Assembly (NCBI GenBank): GCA_035193785.1
Contig: CP136572.1
Span: 1,684,578 to 1,748,577, forward strand
Direction: 5' to 3'
DNA from: Planktothrix sp. GU0601_MAG3
GTDB taxonomy: Bacteria; Cyanobacteriota; Cyanobacteriia; Cyanobacteriales; Microcoleaceae
DNA: 64,000 nt
The number at the start of each line of letters is the position of its first letter. The first letter of the stretch is position 1. Of the stretch, positions 20,586 to 32,206 are shown piece after piece. The notes under the pieces are model-generated. The model did no database searches. It had not been told where the DNA came from and was given only the letters and a program-made list of their open reading frames with translations. A program made the translations under genes and the position numbers.

Positions 20586-21102
20586 TTAGGCTAGAACAAA
20601 ATCGACGTCGTTACTGCCACCTGTTTCTCCTTGGCCGGAGGTTAATTTCTGACCATTGACTTCTACCGCAAAGGGTGTATTGCTGAGGCCAGGAAGGTTA
20701 TAATCGGTTTTTGCGGAAGTATAGCCGACACTAGCAATCATTTTCCGGCCGGCGTCGGTATATTGGAAGGCCATCATTTGATTTTTGTTGTTCTTATTAT
20801 CTTTGGCCCAAATCACCATATATTGTTGATTTTGATAATCAAAGACTTTAGGTTTCTCGAAGGGGAACATAACGGCCCACTTCGCCAAAACTGGTATCTA
20901 AAAAGGTTTGGACTTCACTGGGTTGAACTACAGCATAACTAACTTGTTCTGGAGAAGCGGCGATCGCATCTCCTTGACTCGCATCCACAACCTCCTCTTT
21001 TCCCTTGTTACGAAAATAATCAACGGCGACTTTAGTTCCAATAGCACCCGCAGTGGCAATTCCAGCACCAATTAAAAAGTTACGAAGTCTGTTATCAGCC
21101 AT
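20586..21102 (-). CDS. Conserved hypothetical protein with N-terminal membrane anchor; apparent frameshift at 20852
   Basis: Two ORFs join as VPLREPKVFDY after removing 1 nt. Confidence 0.7.
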
Positions 21103-21236
21103 TTTTTCTCCCAATTAAAATTTAATCAACTTTTGTGTTTTGGAACTGATTTCCTTAACATGGGAATTTTAACAAATTTTACTCTATCTGTCATCGAACT
21201 TTCGATAGATAGGGAAAACATTAGTTGGGGATTAGA

Positions 21237-23118
21237 TCACCATTGGGGATCAGAGTGTAATAGGGCTTCAATAGCCTCGGCACTCAGGGGTTTAGAGAAT
21301 AAATAACCCTGTCCATATTCACAATTAAATTGTCGTAGTTGATTTAACTGTTCTTGGGTTTCAACTCCTTCGGCAACCACATCCATTCCCAAGTTATGGG
21401 CTAAACTAATAATGGCTAAAATAATTTCGGTTTCTCTACCCTTTTTTCCCATATTTCTAATAAAAGATTGATCGATTTTTAGGGTATCTAAGGGGAAGCG
21501 ATGTAAATAGCTAAGGGAGGAATATCCCGTCCCAAAATCATCTATACTTAAGCCAATATTATAGGATTTGAGTCGAGCAATAATCTCCAGGGTTTTACTA
21601 TTATCAATTAAAACACTTTCGGTCAACTCAATTTTGAGATCACCCGGGGAAATTTTGGTGGTGTTTAAAATAGTTTCTACAATTTCAACTACATTAGATA
21701 AATCAAATTGTTTAGCCGATAAGTTAACACTTATAGTTAGGGGGTGAACTGAATTTTTTATGGTTTCTAGGGTTTGCCATTCTTGCAGTTGTTGACAGGC
21801 TTGTTTTAATACCCAATTGCCGATGGGAACAATTAATCCGGTGGCTTCGGCTAGGGGAATAAAATCCGCCGGGGAAATCATCCCCTGTTGGGGGTGTAGC
21901 CAACGCACCAGGGCTTCAAATCCTTTGATTTTTCCGGTTTTTAGGTTAATAATAGGTTGGTAAAAAACGGCAAATTCCTGTTTAATAATTGCCTGACGCA
22001 GTTCAATTTCTAACTGCATTTTGATTAGGGCTTGATCATGGATTTTTTTGTCAAAAATTTCTAAACATCCCTTGCCTTTTTCCTTGGCTTCGTGCATGGC
22101 AATATCGGCATCTCTGAGGATATTTTCCGATTGATGATAATAGTTTGTACCTAAAACAATCCCAATACTACTGGTTTTAAATACCTGATGTCCGCCAATT
22201 TCAAAGGGATCGGATAGGATCTGATTAATCTGTTTTGCCAGATCAATTGCTTCTAGGGGAGATTCAATAGATTTGAGTAAAATTGCAAATTCATCCCCCC
22301 CTAAACGAGCGACAATATTAGGATGGGAAATTAAGGATTGAATCAGATGGCCAAAAGCAATTAATAATTGGTCTCCCGCCTGACGCCCCAAACTATCATT
22401 TACTACTTTAAACCGATCTAAATCTAAACATAATACAGCAAATAAATCCTGATGATATTTTTGCACCTGTTCAATGGATTTATCAATTTCACTAATCAAC
22501 AAGCTGCGATTGGCTAATCCCGTAAGTCGGTCATGAAAAATATCATATAACAGTTGAACTTCGGCTTTTTTCCGATCCGTAATATCGTTACGAATCACAA
22601 TATATTGATAGGGTTTATTCTTTTCATCTAAAAAAGGAACAATGGTGGTATCCACCCAATAGTAGCTGCCATCTTTCGCTCGATTCCGAACTTCCCCGCG
22701 CCAAATTCTTCCATACTTAATCGTTGACCAGAGAACGGTAAAAAAGTGTTTGGAATGATATCCTGAATTAACAATCCTATGATCTTGACCGATTAATTCT
22801 TCCCGAGAATATTTAGAAATATCACAGAACTTGGGGTTGGCATAGGTAATTTTCCCCTGGGCATTAGTAATCGCTACAATAGAGGATTGATCGAGGGCAA
22901 ACTTAAAATCGGATAATTCTTTATAGGAGCGTTGCAGAGCTTCCCGTAAATCTCGATTTATCAACAAGGGGGCTAAAAATAACTTGATTTCGGCTTGAGT
23001 TTGGTTCATGTTACCGAACATCAGAAACCCGAATCAACTGGAAAAACTGCTTTCCTGAATTCAGCATTGAATTAAGGTTGGAATAATTAAATGTTGGCCA
23101 TCGATCAATTGATTTCAT
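21237..23118 (-). CDS. PAS-GGDEF-EAL diguanylate cyclase/phosphodiesterase; N-terminus probably extends to ATG 23118 through a frameshift at 23024
   Basis: PAS (RNRAKDGSYYWV), ARLGGDEF, FEALVRW, DDFGTGYSSL. Confidence 0.92.
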
Positions 23119-23147
23119 GGCACTTACCAGAAACACCATACTATAAA

Positions 23148-23393
23148 TTAGCCTGAATTCGCTACTTCTGACAAATTATTTTTATTGATCCAATGAATAT
23201 AATTAAACTTAAAATTTGGAAATTCTTTCACTAAAGATAATGGAGCGGTCTTTTTTTCTTTCTCTTGTTCTATAGAATTCAGGAAGAAATCCGGCATTTC
23301 TTGATGGCAACGACTACAATACCAATAAACTCCTGTGTGGCGAATATGGCGCAGGAGTGTAGATGAACAGCAGGGACAAATCACATTAGACAT
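23148..23393 (-). CDS. Small Cys-rich zinc-ribbon-like protein
   Basis: CPCCS..LLRH..WYCSRCHQEMP. Confidence 0.7.
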   Translation of the reverse strand: MSNVICPCCSSTLLRHIRHTGVYWYCSRCHQEMPDFFLNSIEQEKEKKTAPLSLVKEFPNFKFNYIHWINKNNLSEVANSG

Positions 23394-23498
23394 AATCAAC
23401 TTCCTCGGAATCAAGATAGGAAATAATAACAATTAAAACAAACTCAAAAAAATCAAGGTTATAACTGGATTTAAACCCTGATTTAAAACGCGACTTAG

Positions 23499-24107
23499 TT
23501 AGGAATCATGAATCTTAAAAATTTCTTCGAGAATTAAGCGATCGCCCAGAGAAACATCCTGCCACAATTCCAGTTCAGCATTCTTCGTGAGTCCGAGTTG
23601 CAAAGGGGCTGCAAACCAAAAATCCTGATCGAAAATCAACCCCTGGGATTGGAGTTTAAAACAAACCCATTGCACCGCATAATTGTTAATATCCAACTCC
23701 GGCATCAAATAGGCGGAATGATGCAAAACCCAACGACAAGCCCCGTTATCAATTCCAGCAAGTTGATAAATCGCCTTAATTAAAACCAATTCAATCCAGC
23801 CGGGATTGGGCAAAACTGTTAAAAAATCCTTCAATGCTTGGATGGATTCCCGATTTTGAGCGCGGAGAACATCAATGGCTAATGCCACATAGGACTGATC
23901 CATCTCACCTTGATTTTCCCTTCCTTGATCCGATGAGTTAATCACATTTTCCTGTGTCAAACGACTAAGGCTGTAAAAAGACTGATTCAACGATGAACCG
24001 GTCGAAAACGTCACAATGGGACACCTACTCTTAAACGATTCGGGAAAGGGATCAATCGAAGTCTGGGTGTTCTCAACCGAGGTTAGACTTTTAGGGATTA
24101 AAGACAT
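23499..24107 (-). CDS. Hypothetical protein
   Basis: 202-aa ORF, same strand as its neighbours. Confidence 0.6.
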   Translation of the reverse strand: MSLIPKSLTSVENTQTSIDPFPESFKSRCPIVTFSTGSSLNQSFYSLSRLTQENVINSSDQGRENQGEMDQSYVALAIDVLRAQNRESIQALKDFLTVLPNPGWIELVLIKAIYQLAGIDNGACRWVLHHSAYLMPELDINNYAVQWVCFKLQSQGLIFDQDFWFAAPLQLGLTKNAELELWQDVSLGDRLILEEIFKIHDS

Positions 24108-24224
24108 GGCACACAGTTCAACTTAAAAAAAAAGCAATTGCCTACAATCGAACAGTAGCTAATAAATGTGAAGATTTTGTGAGGAAAAAATTCCCATGCT
24201 GATTCTGCAATAATTTGTTACGAT

Positions 24225-24605
24225 TCAATCCTTCCATTGCAGCAGCGCACGAATTTGATCTACTAAATCCATAGCTTCAAAAGGTTTAGTAATCACCCCC
24301 GTTACTCCTAACTGAATAAATTGCTGTTTTTCACTCATTTTTGCCTTAGCAGTTAACAAAATTGTGGGAATATTCTGGGTTTCGGGATTGGCTTGTAAAT
24401 GCTTAAAGGTGGTGGCCCCATCCATCTCGGGCATCATCACATCCAAGAGAATAGCATCCGGTTGGGCTGTCTGGGCTAAAACCAATCCATCACTCCCACA
24501 GCAAGCGGTGAGCACTTCCCAACCCCCAGCAACTTCCAGGCAAATTTGGATAATCTCCCGCACCCCGTCATCATCGTCAATAATCAGAATTCGTTTTTTT
24601 GTCAT
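24225..24605 (-). CDS. Single-domain response regulator (receiver)
   Basis: ILIIDDD, ILLDVMMP, LLTAK, TKPF. Confidence 0.92.
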   Translation of the reverse strand: MTKKRILIIDDDDGVREIIQICLEVAGGWEVLTACCGSDGLVLAQTAQPDAILLDVMMPEMDGATTFKHLQANPETQNIPTILLTAKAKMSEKQQFIQLGVTGVITKPFEAMDLVDQIRALLQWKD

Positions 24606-24607
24606 AA

Positions 24608-27600
24608 TCATATTGCCATCGGTAGGGTGAAGTAAAAACAACTACCCTCATCTACTTTACTCTGTACCCAGATTTGCCCACCATGTTGTTCAACAATCGA
24701 ACGACAAATTGCCAAACCCAACCCGGTTTCCGCCCTTTTTGCGAGAGTCTGAGGCATCGACTTGATGAAAACGCTCAAAAATGCGTTCAATTTTATCAGG
24801 AGGAATCCCTCGACCCTGATCTTGAACTTCAAACAAAATCTTGGGTTTTTCCGCAGAATTTTCTGGGATTTCCGTCTTGACACTTAACTTAATATTATCC
24901 CCCGATTCGGAAAATTTGATCGCGTTACTTAACAAATTAGTTAACACTTGTAACACCCGATCGGGATCGGCATAGAATTCTAAACTTTGGCTACTAACCT
25001 CCAAATTAATCCCCATGCGATTAGCCATAACCTGCATTTGTTCCGTGGCTCGTAACAGTAAATCTGCCGCATTCACAACTTGTTTATTCAGACAAATTTT
25101 TCCCGATTCCAGCCGTTCTAATTCTAAAATATCATTCACCAATCTCACCAAACGTTCGGCACTTTCGGCGGCAATTTTCATAACGTGGACTCCCCGTTCC
25201 GATTGGGGATCAATTAACCCAGTTGATAATAAATTTAACCCGCCATGAATAGAAGTTAAGGGAGTTCTCAATTCGTGACTAACCACGGAAATAAATTCAT
25301 CCTTCATTCGTTCAATGGCATATCTTTCGGTAATATCTTCCCCAATACTCATCATCCCGATCGCATTTCCTTGCAAATCTTTTAACAGCGTATTGTTCCA
25401 ACTAATAATTTTCTCCTCTCCCGATTTTGTCACAATCAACTGTTGACTATAGGGCTTAAAATGATAGTCCAATAGTTCCGCAAAAGCCAAGGAATTAAGC
25501 TCATGGGCTGGATTCGCTTGAAAATCCCCTAACCAATTTTTTCCCAAAACTTCCGTTTGGGTATACCCCATCACTTCCAACAAAAAGGGATTCACATATT
25601 CAACTTTCCCATTCCGATCTAATCCTACCACTAATAACCGGACATTTTCTAATAAACTCCGCCACCTTCGTTCGGCCTCGCGCAAATTCGCTTGACTTTG
25701 TTTTTGTTCGGTAATATCCCGAGCCATGGTGGAGAAAAGATACACCTGTCCCTCCTGATTTTTATGGGCAATAATCAATTGAGATAAGGGAATTTCTCGG
25801 CCATCATAGCTGGTCAATGCGGTTTCACCAATCCAAGATCCGTCTCGAATTGCCGCCGGAACTCCTTCATTTTGAATGATTTCAACTGCCCATTGGGGGT
25901 GATTTTGAGGAATATGTTGATTGGTGATTTTTCCCTCTCGATCTAATCCTAAAATCCGTCGAGCCGACTGGTTATAATAAACCACTTCTCCCCCGGGTTT
26001 TGCCGAGGAAATAAAGTCAGGCGTGGCTTCAATAATCGAAATCAGTTTATCCCGTTCGGCTTCGGCTTGTTTGCGTTCGGTAATATCCTGCATCACCACC
26101 ATTCCGGCTAAAATTTCTCCCTGTTGATTGCGAACGGGTAGGGCTTGATGGTAATAAGTGTGTCCCTCATATTCTACCTCAGAAATCGTCATTTCCCCAG
26201 CTAAAGCCGATCGATATAGGGGTTCAACTATCTTTAATAGGGCGGTTGGTAGGGCTTGCCAAATGGTTTTTCCCTCTAACATTTTTCGAGATAATCCCTT
26301 TGCCACTAAGCCCAGACCATCGGCAATGGTATACCGAAAATCCAGATCTACTAAAAACACCGCTCCGTCAGGAAAATTCTTAACTAAGGTGCGATATTGT
26401 TCCTCACTTTTGCGCAATTTAAACTCAGTCCGGTGGCGCTGCATCAGTTCAAATTGTAAGCGCTCATTAGCGGTTTCTAATTCGGTTGTGCGTTGAGTAA
26501 CTCGTAATTCTAATTCTTCATTATTTTGCTGTAATAATTGTTCGGTTTGTTTGCGATGGGTAATATCTTTGGCAATTCCCCCCCGCCGATCTAATTGTCC
26601 GGTTTCATTCAAAATCGGAAATCCCCGATCCCAAATCCAACGATAGGAGCCATCGGGACGCAGGATGCGATATTCTAAATCAAATGCCCGACCCTCGGGA
26701 TTTTGTAGGGCAAGTAAAACCCGATTTTGATCCTGGGGATGAATGGTCTCAATAAAGGTTTGGAAATTCTGATAGAGGTCTTGGGGGTTTCGATCCCAAA
26801 TTTGTTCGTAGGCGGGACTGATATAGATAAACTGATTACCCGGGGCATTGGTAATCCAAAAAACATCATCAATATTCTCTGCCAGTTGGCGGAATTTTTT
26901 CTCGGTTTCGGCATGGGATGCTCGAATTCTTAACGCCATAATCCCATAGACAATATCATCCACTAATTCTTTGAGTAATTTCACTTCGGCTGGATCAAAG
27001 GCATCAACTTGAGTGGAATATAAATTCAGTACCCCAAAGGGAATTAATGAAGTCTCGGCGTTCAATTCCGGTTGCAAATGTTGGCTCTGGGAGTCGGTCG
27101 CCATGATTAAAGGCAGGGCAATGGAGGAGGTATAACCCCGTTTTTGGGCCTGTTGTTTCCAGGGGGCATAATCGCCATTGGTATCTAAGTTTTGAAAAAC
27201 ACAGGTTTGCCCAGTTCTAACGGCCGTTCCCGAAGGCCCTTGACCCCATTGACTGTCATCCCAAGTCACGGTCAAATTATCTAAATAGCCCGCTTCAAAT
27301 CCGGCCTTAGCAATTGGAATAATTTGTTTTTCTGGTGTGTATTGGGTATAACCTACCCAGGCAAAATAGTAGCCCCCAACATTAATTAAAATCTGACAAA
27401 TATCATGGAGTAATTCGGTTTCTGTGGTGGCTCTAACTAAGGCTTGATTACAGTCGCTAATGGTTCTTAAAGCCCGGTTAACTCGGTGTAATTCTTCTTC
27501 GGCCCGTTTGCGATCGCTAATATCAGTATAAGACCCCACCATCCGCACTAAATTTCCCTGGTCATCCCATAGGGCTTGACCTCGATCTAAAATCCATTTA

Positions 27601-30156
27601 TAACTGCCATCTTTGCATTGAACTCGATGCTCTGTAATATAAAAAGGTGTTTTTTGATCTAAATGTTCTCGAATAGCTTTCATTACCCAGGGTAAATCAT
27701 CGGGATGGACTCGTTGATTCCATTGGGTTAAATGGTCACAGACTTCCTGTTCATTATAGCCCAACATTTCTTTCCATCTGGGCGAGAAAAATACCTCCTC
27801 CGTTTGAATATTCCAATCCCAAATACCATCGTTATTTCCCCGTAAAGCCAGTTGCCACCGTTTCTTCACTTTTTCGTAAGGCTTCTTCGGTTTGTTTGCG
27901 TTCTTGAATATCTTCTAAGGCTAATAAAATATATTTTTTTCCTTGCCATAATTGATCTAGGGTAGACACAAAAATTTGTACCCAATTACGTTGACCATTG
28001 GGGCGAATATACTGTTTTTCGATAGAAAATGTTTCGAGTAAATCTTGATCTGCGATTTGTTCTAACCAGTCCATTCCTTCGGAATTGGGAGGATAATGAA
28101 TAAAATTATGAACTGTTTTACCGATTAAGTCTTTTTCGGAATAGCCCGTAATCTCACAATAGCGTTGATTCACTCGCAGGAGTTCTCCCGATAAATCAAT
28201 CAGGGCAAATCCCACGGCGGCTTGTTCAAAAATGGTTCGGAATCTTTCTTCGCTGTTGACTAATTCTTGTTCGGCTTGTTTGCGATCGCTGACATTTTGC
28301 GCCAAGGACAGGAGGGAAACTAAATTTCCGCCTTCATCCCGCACCACGGAATTATACCACTCACAGTTAATCACCCTGCCGTCTTTGGTGCGATTTTGAG
28401 CCTCAATAATTTGGTGATTATTAGTGCCATCAATCAGTTGAATCATTTCTTGAGTTACTTTTAGGACGTCGGTGGCAAAAAATCCTTGAAAGCTTGACCA
28501 TTTTTGACCCAAAACTTCTGCCGATGTCCAACCAAAGATCCGTTCGGCTTGGGATGACCAGCGTTTAATTTTGAGTTGCTGATCCCATTCAATTACCACC
28601 AAGGGAGAATTATCAAAATGACAGGATAAGCATTGATGAGTCTGTTTTAATTCGGCAATTAATTGGGCCTGTTTTAAAGCAATTCCGACTTGATCAGCCA
28701 GTTGTTTTAAAAAGTTAGTTTCCAGGGTTTCCCATTGGCGAGGTTCTGCACATTGATGGGTCATCAGAAATCCCCATAATTTCGGTTTGGGATCGGAGGA
28801 ATTATTGGTTGATTCTGGATTTTTCGATGGAGTGATTATCGAATCAATTTCTTTTTTTTCTAACCAAATTGGCACAATTAAACTCGCCTTAACTTGGAAA
28901 TATTGGATTAATTGTAAATAGCAATTATCCAAATTTTCTTGATCAATATCGCTAAAAATAATCACCTGATCCGGTACAGCAGCATCGCACAGGTAGGGGG
29001 TTAATTCCGGGGTATAAATTCTCTGGGATAACAGGGATGACCATTGGGGAATAACCGCCTCTTGAACTACAGTTCCTCCCCTCTGGGGATCTAATTTCAA
29101 CATGATCACTCGATCAACATTTAAAACTTTCTGTACCTCCTCAACGGTGGTTTTTAAAATTAAATCAAGTTCCAAAGATTGCCTAACTTTTGAGGTGATT
29201 TTGGTTAATAGGTTTAAAAACTGATTTTGTCTTTGAGTTTCCGCAAAGGTGCGTTTTTGTTGGGTAATATCCCGGGTGGTAGCTAGGAGGGTTTTCACCT
29301 GTCCCCCCTGTTGAATTTCCGGCACAATTAAAGTCTGAAGCGATCGCAGTCCTTCGGCGGTTTCCAGGTCAAACTCAAATTGTTGAGGCTGTCCCGTGTC
29401 TAATACCTGTTGACAATTTTGCTCCCATTCCCGAGCAACCGGATCGGAAATTCCTAATTCCCAATTCGTTTTTCCAATAAATTTTTCCTGAGCAATTTGA
29501 ATCAATGCAGCGGTGCGACGGTTAACAAAAAGATAGCGTAATTTTTGATCTAGCCGAACAATACAATCCCCCGCATTATCCATTAATTTTTCTAGTTCGG
29601 TTTTGCGAGTTTGAAGTTGGGTTTCAATCCGTTGTCGTTCTTCAATTTGTTTTTTTAAGCATTCTTTAGTTATCTGTCTGGTCGGGGTGGAAGTTGGGGT
29701 GGGAGAATGTTTCTTTTTCGATACTTTTTGCGGAACTGCTTTTACCGTTGAACATTGACTCAAATCTTTAATTACAGCTATAACTTCTGTTTTTGATAGG
29801 GGATAAATCTCAACTAAAATCTGATAATCTTTCTGATATTGATAACATTTATAAATAATATTTTGGGCTACTTGAGTCTCGATCACCCGCCGAACAAGGG
29901 GGAGAAATTCTGAGGATTCCTGTGGATTTTGTAACTCCTGTAAGACTAGATAAAATACATTTAATTCTGAAGATAAATTAGGGGCAGCCTCCGTAGGCAA
30001 AACATGAATTTTTTGCTGCTCACAATCAATGATCAGGATCAGATCGTGAATCACTCCCAAAAATTGATCAATCTGCCATTGTGTATCCCAGGTTGGGGAC
30101 TGGATCACCTGGTATCCCCCATTCTGAAAAGAGGCACAAACTTCTGAAGTCGTCAT
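24608..30156 (-). CDS. Large multi-PAS/GAF sensor histidine kinase with a cyanobacteriochrome-like GAF; apparent frameshifts at 27860 and 24726
   Basis: Several PAS/PAC domains; GAF ending [26 protein letters not shown]; corrected KKGGTGLGL. Confidence 0.9.
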
Positions 30157-30480
30157 AGTAAAAATTAAATTAATATTAAATTTTATAGAGACTTTTGGAA
30201 TAATCTACCCTACTAATTATATCAAATTATATGGGATTTTAGTTTAAAATCCTCGATAAACTGATACTAAAACTGAACTCTTTTCCCCCCATTACCCACT
30301 ACCCATTACCCGTACCCTATTCCCCGCTATCACCATTTTCCGTCAACAGTCTGGAATTGATCATCTTTGACACTCCCCGTCAAGCTAACGCACTCGGCGG
30401 GATTCCTCTGGTGGCGTTAAGATAGTTAATCTAAGTTAATTCAAGGTACTCAGACGGTTGTTTTTCAGGAGAATAGGTTT

Positions 30481-30907
30481 GTGAATGCTGCTGAACAGGC
30501 GAATAACGTGGTAGTTGCCAGCAAAATTGCATCGGTTGTAACTTTATTTAAAACTCAATTTCCCGACGCCCGGGTGGATCTTAAACCCTGGACAAACGAC
30601 CCAGAGACGCGGGAAATGGTTGATCCTGATTCTATTGATATTGGGTTTCCACTTCCCGGGTCGGAGTCGGTTATTGCAAAGTCGCTGCATTTTAATTGAA
30701 ATTCGGTTTTACCATGATCCGATTGATCAAACCCGTCGGGTGATCGGTGTCGAAGCCGCCGGATATGATCATCAAGGACAACAGTGGAAAGTCTCCACCA
30801 TTGAAAATTGGAATTTTGTGGGCAAAACTGAACCCGAACCCGAATCGGCGGAAAAATTAAAACTTTTTTGTCGGCAAATCTTCCAACTGTTTAATCCTAA
30901 CCCGTAG
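30481..30907 (+). CDS. Conserved cyanobacterial hypothetical protein; apparent frameshift at 30645
   Basis: ORFs join as DSIDIGFHFPG after removing 1 nt. Confidence 0.72.
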
Positions 30908-30963
30908 TGAGTCCTTCAGGACTCAATCTTTGATTCGTAGTGAGTCCTTCAGGACTCAATCTT
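30904..30963. repeat. Two tandem GTAG-type REP-like hairpins (relative at 51277)
   Basis: gtagtgagtccttcaggactcaatctt at 30904 and 30937. Confidence 0.8.
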
Positions 30964-31007
30964 TTATTAATACTTTATTAATACTAGGAAATCGATCATG
31001 GAAATTA

Positions 31008-31490
31008 TCAACTAACTATCTTTCTATAGACTAAATCACAACGTTGGGTTTCGACTCCGGTTGTCGATTCATAACCAGAATGTTCATAGAGTTGTACTGC
31101 TTCTTTTAAGACCGATGCGGTTTCAATCCAAATTTCCTGAAACCCTTTTTGTTTAATAGTTTGTTCTAATTGTAATAACAGAAACTTTCCTAATCCCTTT
31201 CCTCGGGCTTGGGGTAATAAATACATTTTTCTAATTTCTACCGCCAAATTTCCCCGTTTAATCGGGTAAAATCCGGCCGTTCCGATTAATTGTTGATTCT
31301 GTTCTATGACCCAGAATTCTCCCCCGGTTTGTTGATAATATTTCTCCACTTCATAAACGTCCACATCCGCGCCATGGGGTTCCGACCCTAAACCGTATTC
31401 AGTTAAAATAGAAGCAATTAAATCCACCACTTCCTGACGATTCTGGGGTTGCCAATCTCGAATGAAAAAATTTTGATATTGAGTATTCAT
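31008..31490 (-). CDS. GNAT-family N-acetyltransferase
   Basis: EIRKMYLLPQARGKGLG, ETASVLKEAVQLY. Confidence 0.9.
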   Translation of the reverse strand: MNTQYQNFFIRDWQPQNRQEVVDLIASILTEYGLGSEPHGADVDVYEVEKYYQQTGGEFWVIEQNQQLIGTAGFYPIKRGNLAVEIRKMYLLPQARGKGLGKFLLLQLEQTIKQKGFQEIWIETASVLKEAVQLYEHSGYESTTGVETQRCDLVYRKIVS

Positions 31491-31494
31491 GCTA

Positions 31495-31872
31495 TTACAA
31501 ACCTTTGATGTCCCCAAACTTCAAAATATCCTCGCAATAACCTAATAAAGTATTAAGGCAATTTTGGATTGGGATGAGACGGTTTTTAAAGGTAGCACTT
31601 TGACGGGCTGCTTGCAAAAATTTTATATCCATTTCTAACAGTCGCATCTGTTTATGGGTTTCGGTTAAATAGGATTGAATTAAAGACTCAACAGGAGGAT
31701 CAAAATCACCATGGCTGATCCCCATAATTTCAGTTTCAAAGGTAGCTTTTAGCTGCTGAAAACTTTGTTTTAAACAGGCTTGATCAAGCGGAACTGAAAT
31801 TATCGTGATCTCAAGCTGTTTTAAGCTATTTTGGAACTGCGCGATCGCTTCACAAGCAAATTTTGACAACAT
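31495..31872 (-). CDS. patD: PatD-family protein
   Basis: QSYLTETHKQMRLLEMDIKFLQAARQSAT; divergent from relA/spoT. Confidence 0.72.
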   Translation of the reverse strand: MLSKFACEAIAQFQNSLKQLEITIISVPLDQACLKQSFQQLKATFETEIMGISHGDFDPPVESLIQSYLTETHKQMRLLEMDIKFLQAARQSATFKNRLIPIQNCLNTLLGYCEDILKFGDIKGL

Positions 31873-32206
31873 ATTATCAGGAAACTTGTCTACAATTATT
31901 AAATAATAGATAAGTATTTTTGGCGAGTTTCTGCCCCAGTTCGGCTAAATCCGATCCGCTACCCCAAGACCAAATCCCGGTATTCAGGGAGATTGGCGGT
32001 TTAGCATCCACAGTAAAAATGGATTAAGAGGCAGATTAAGCCTACCTTAAGAGGTGTTATTCTTCTATCAAGTGCAATTCAATTCCGTGAAATTTAACCC
32101 TTTCACTGATTGGGGCTTTTTATTCCATGTACGGGTATAAAAAGGCACATAATTTTTAGTTATCTGACCATTGTATCAGTATTATTACCCTTTAGGTGTA
32201 ACTGTC

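Noticed and set aside
30368..30420. Additional IS200/IS605 element from a gacactcccc...gggattc hairpin
   Set aside because: Only an isolated end-like hairpin with no transposase sequence; at most a remnant
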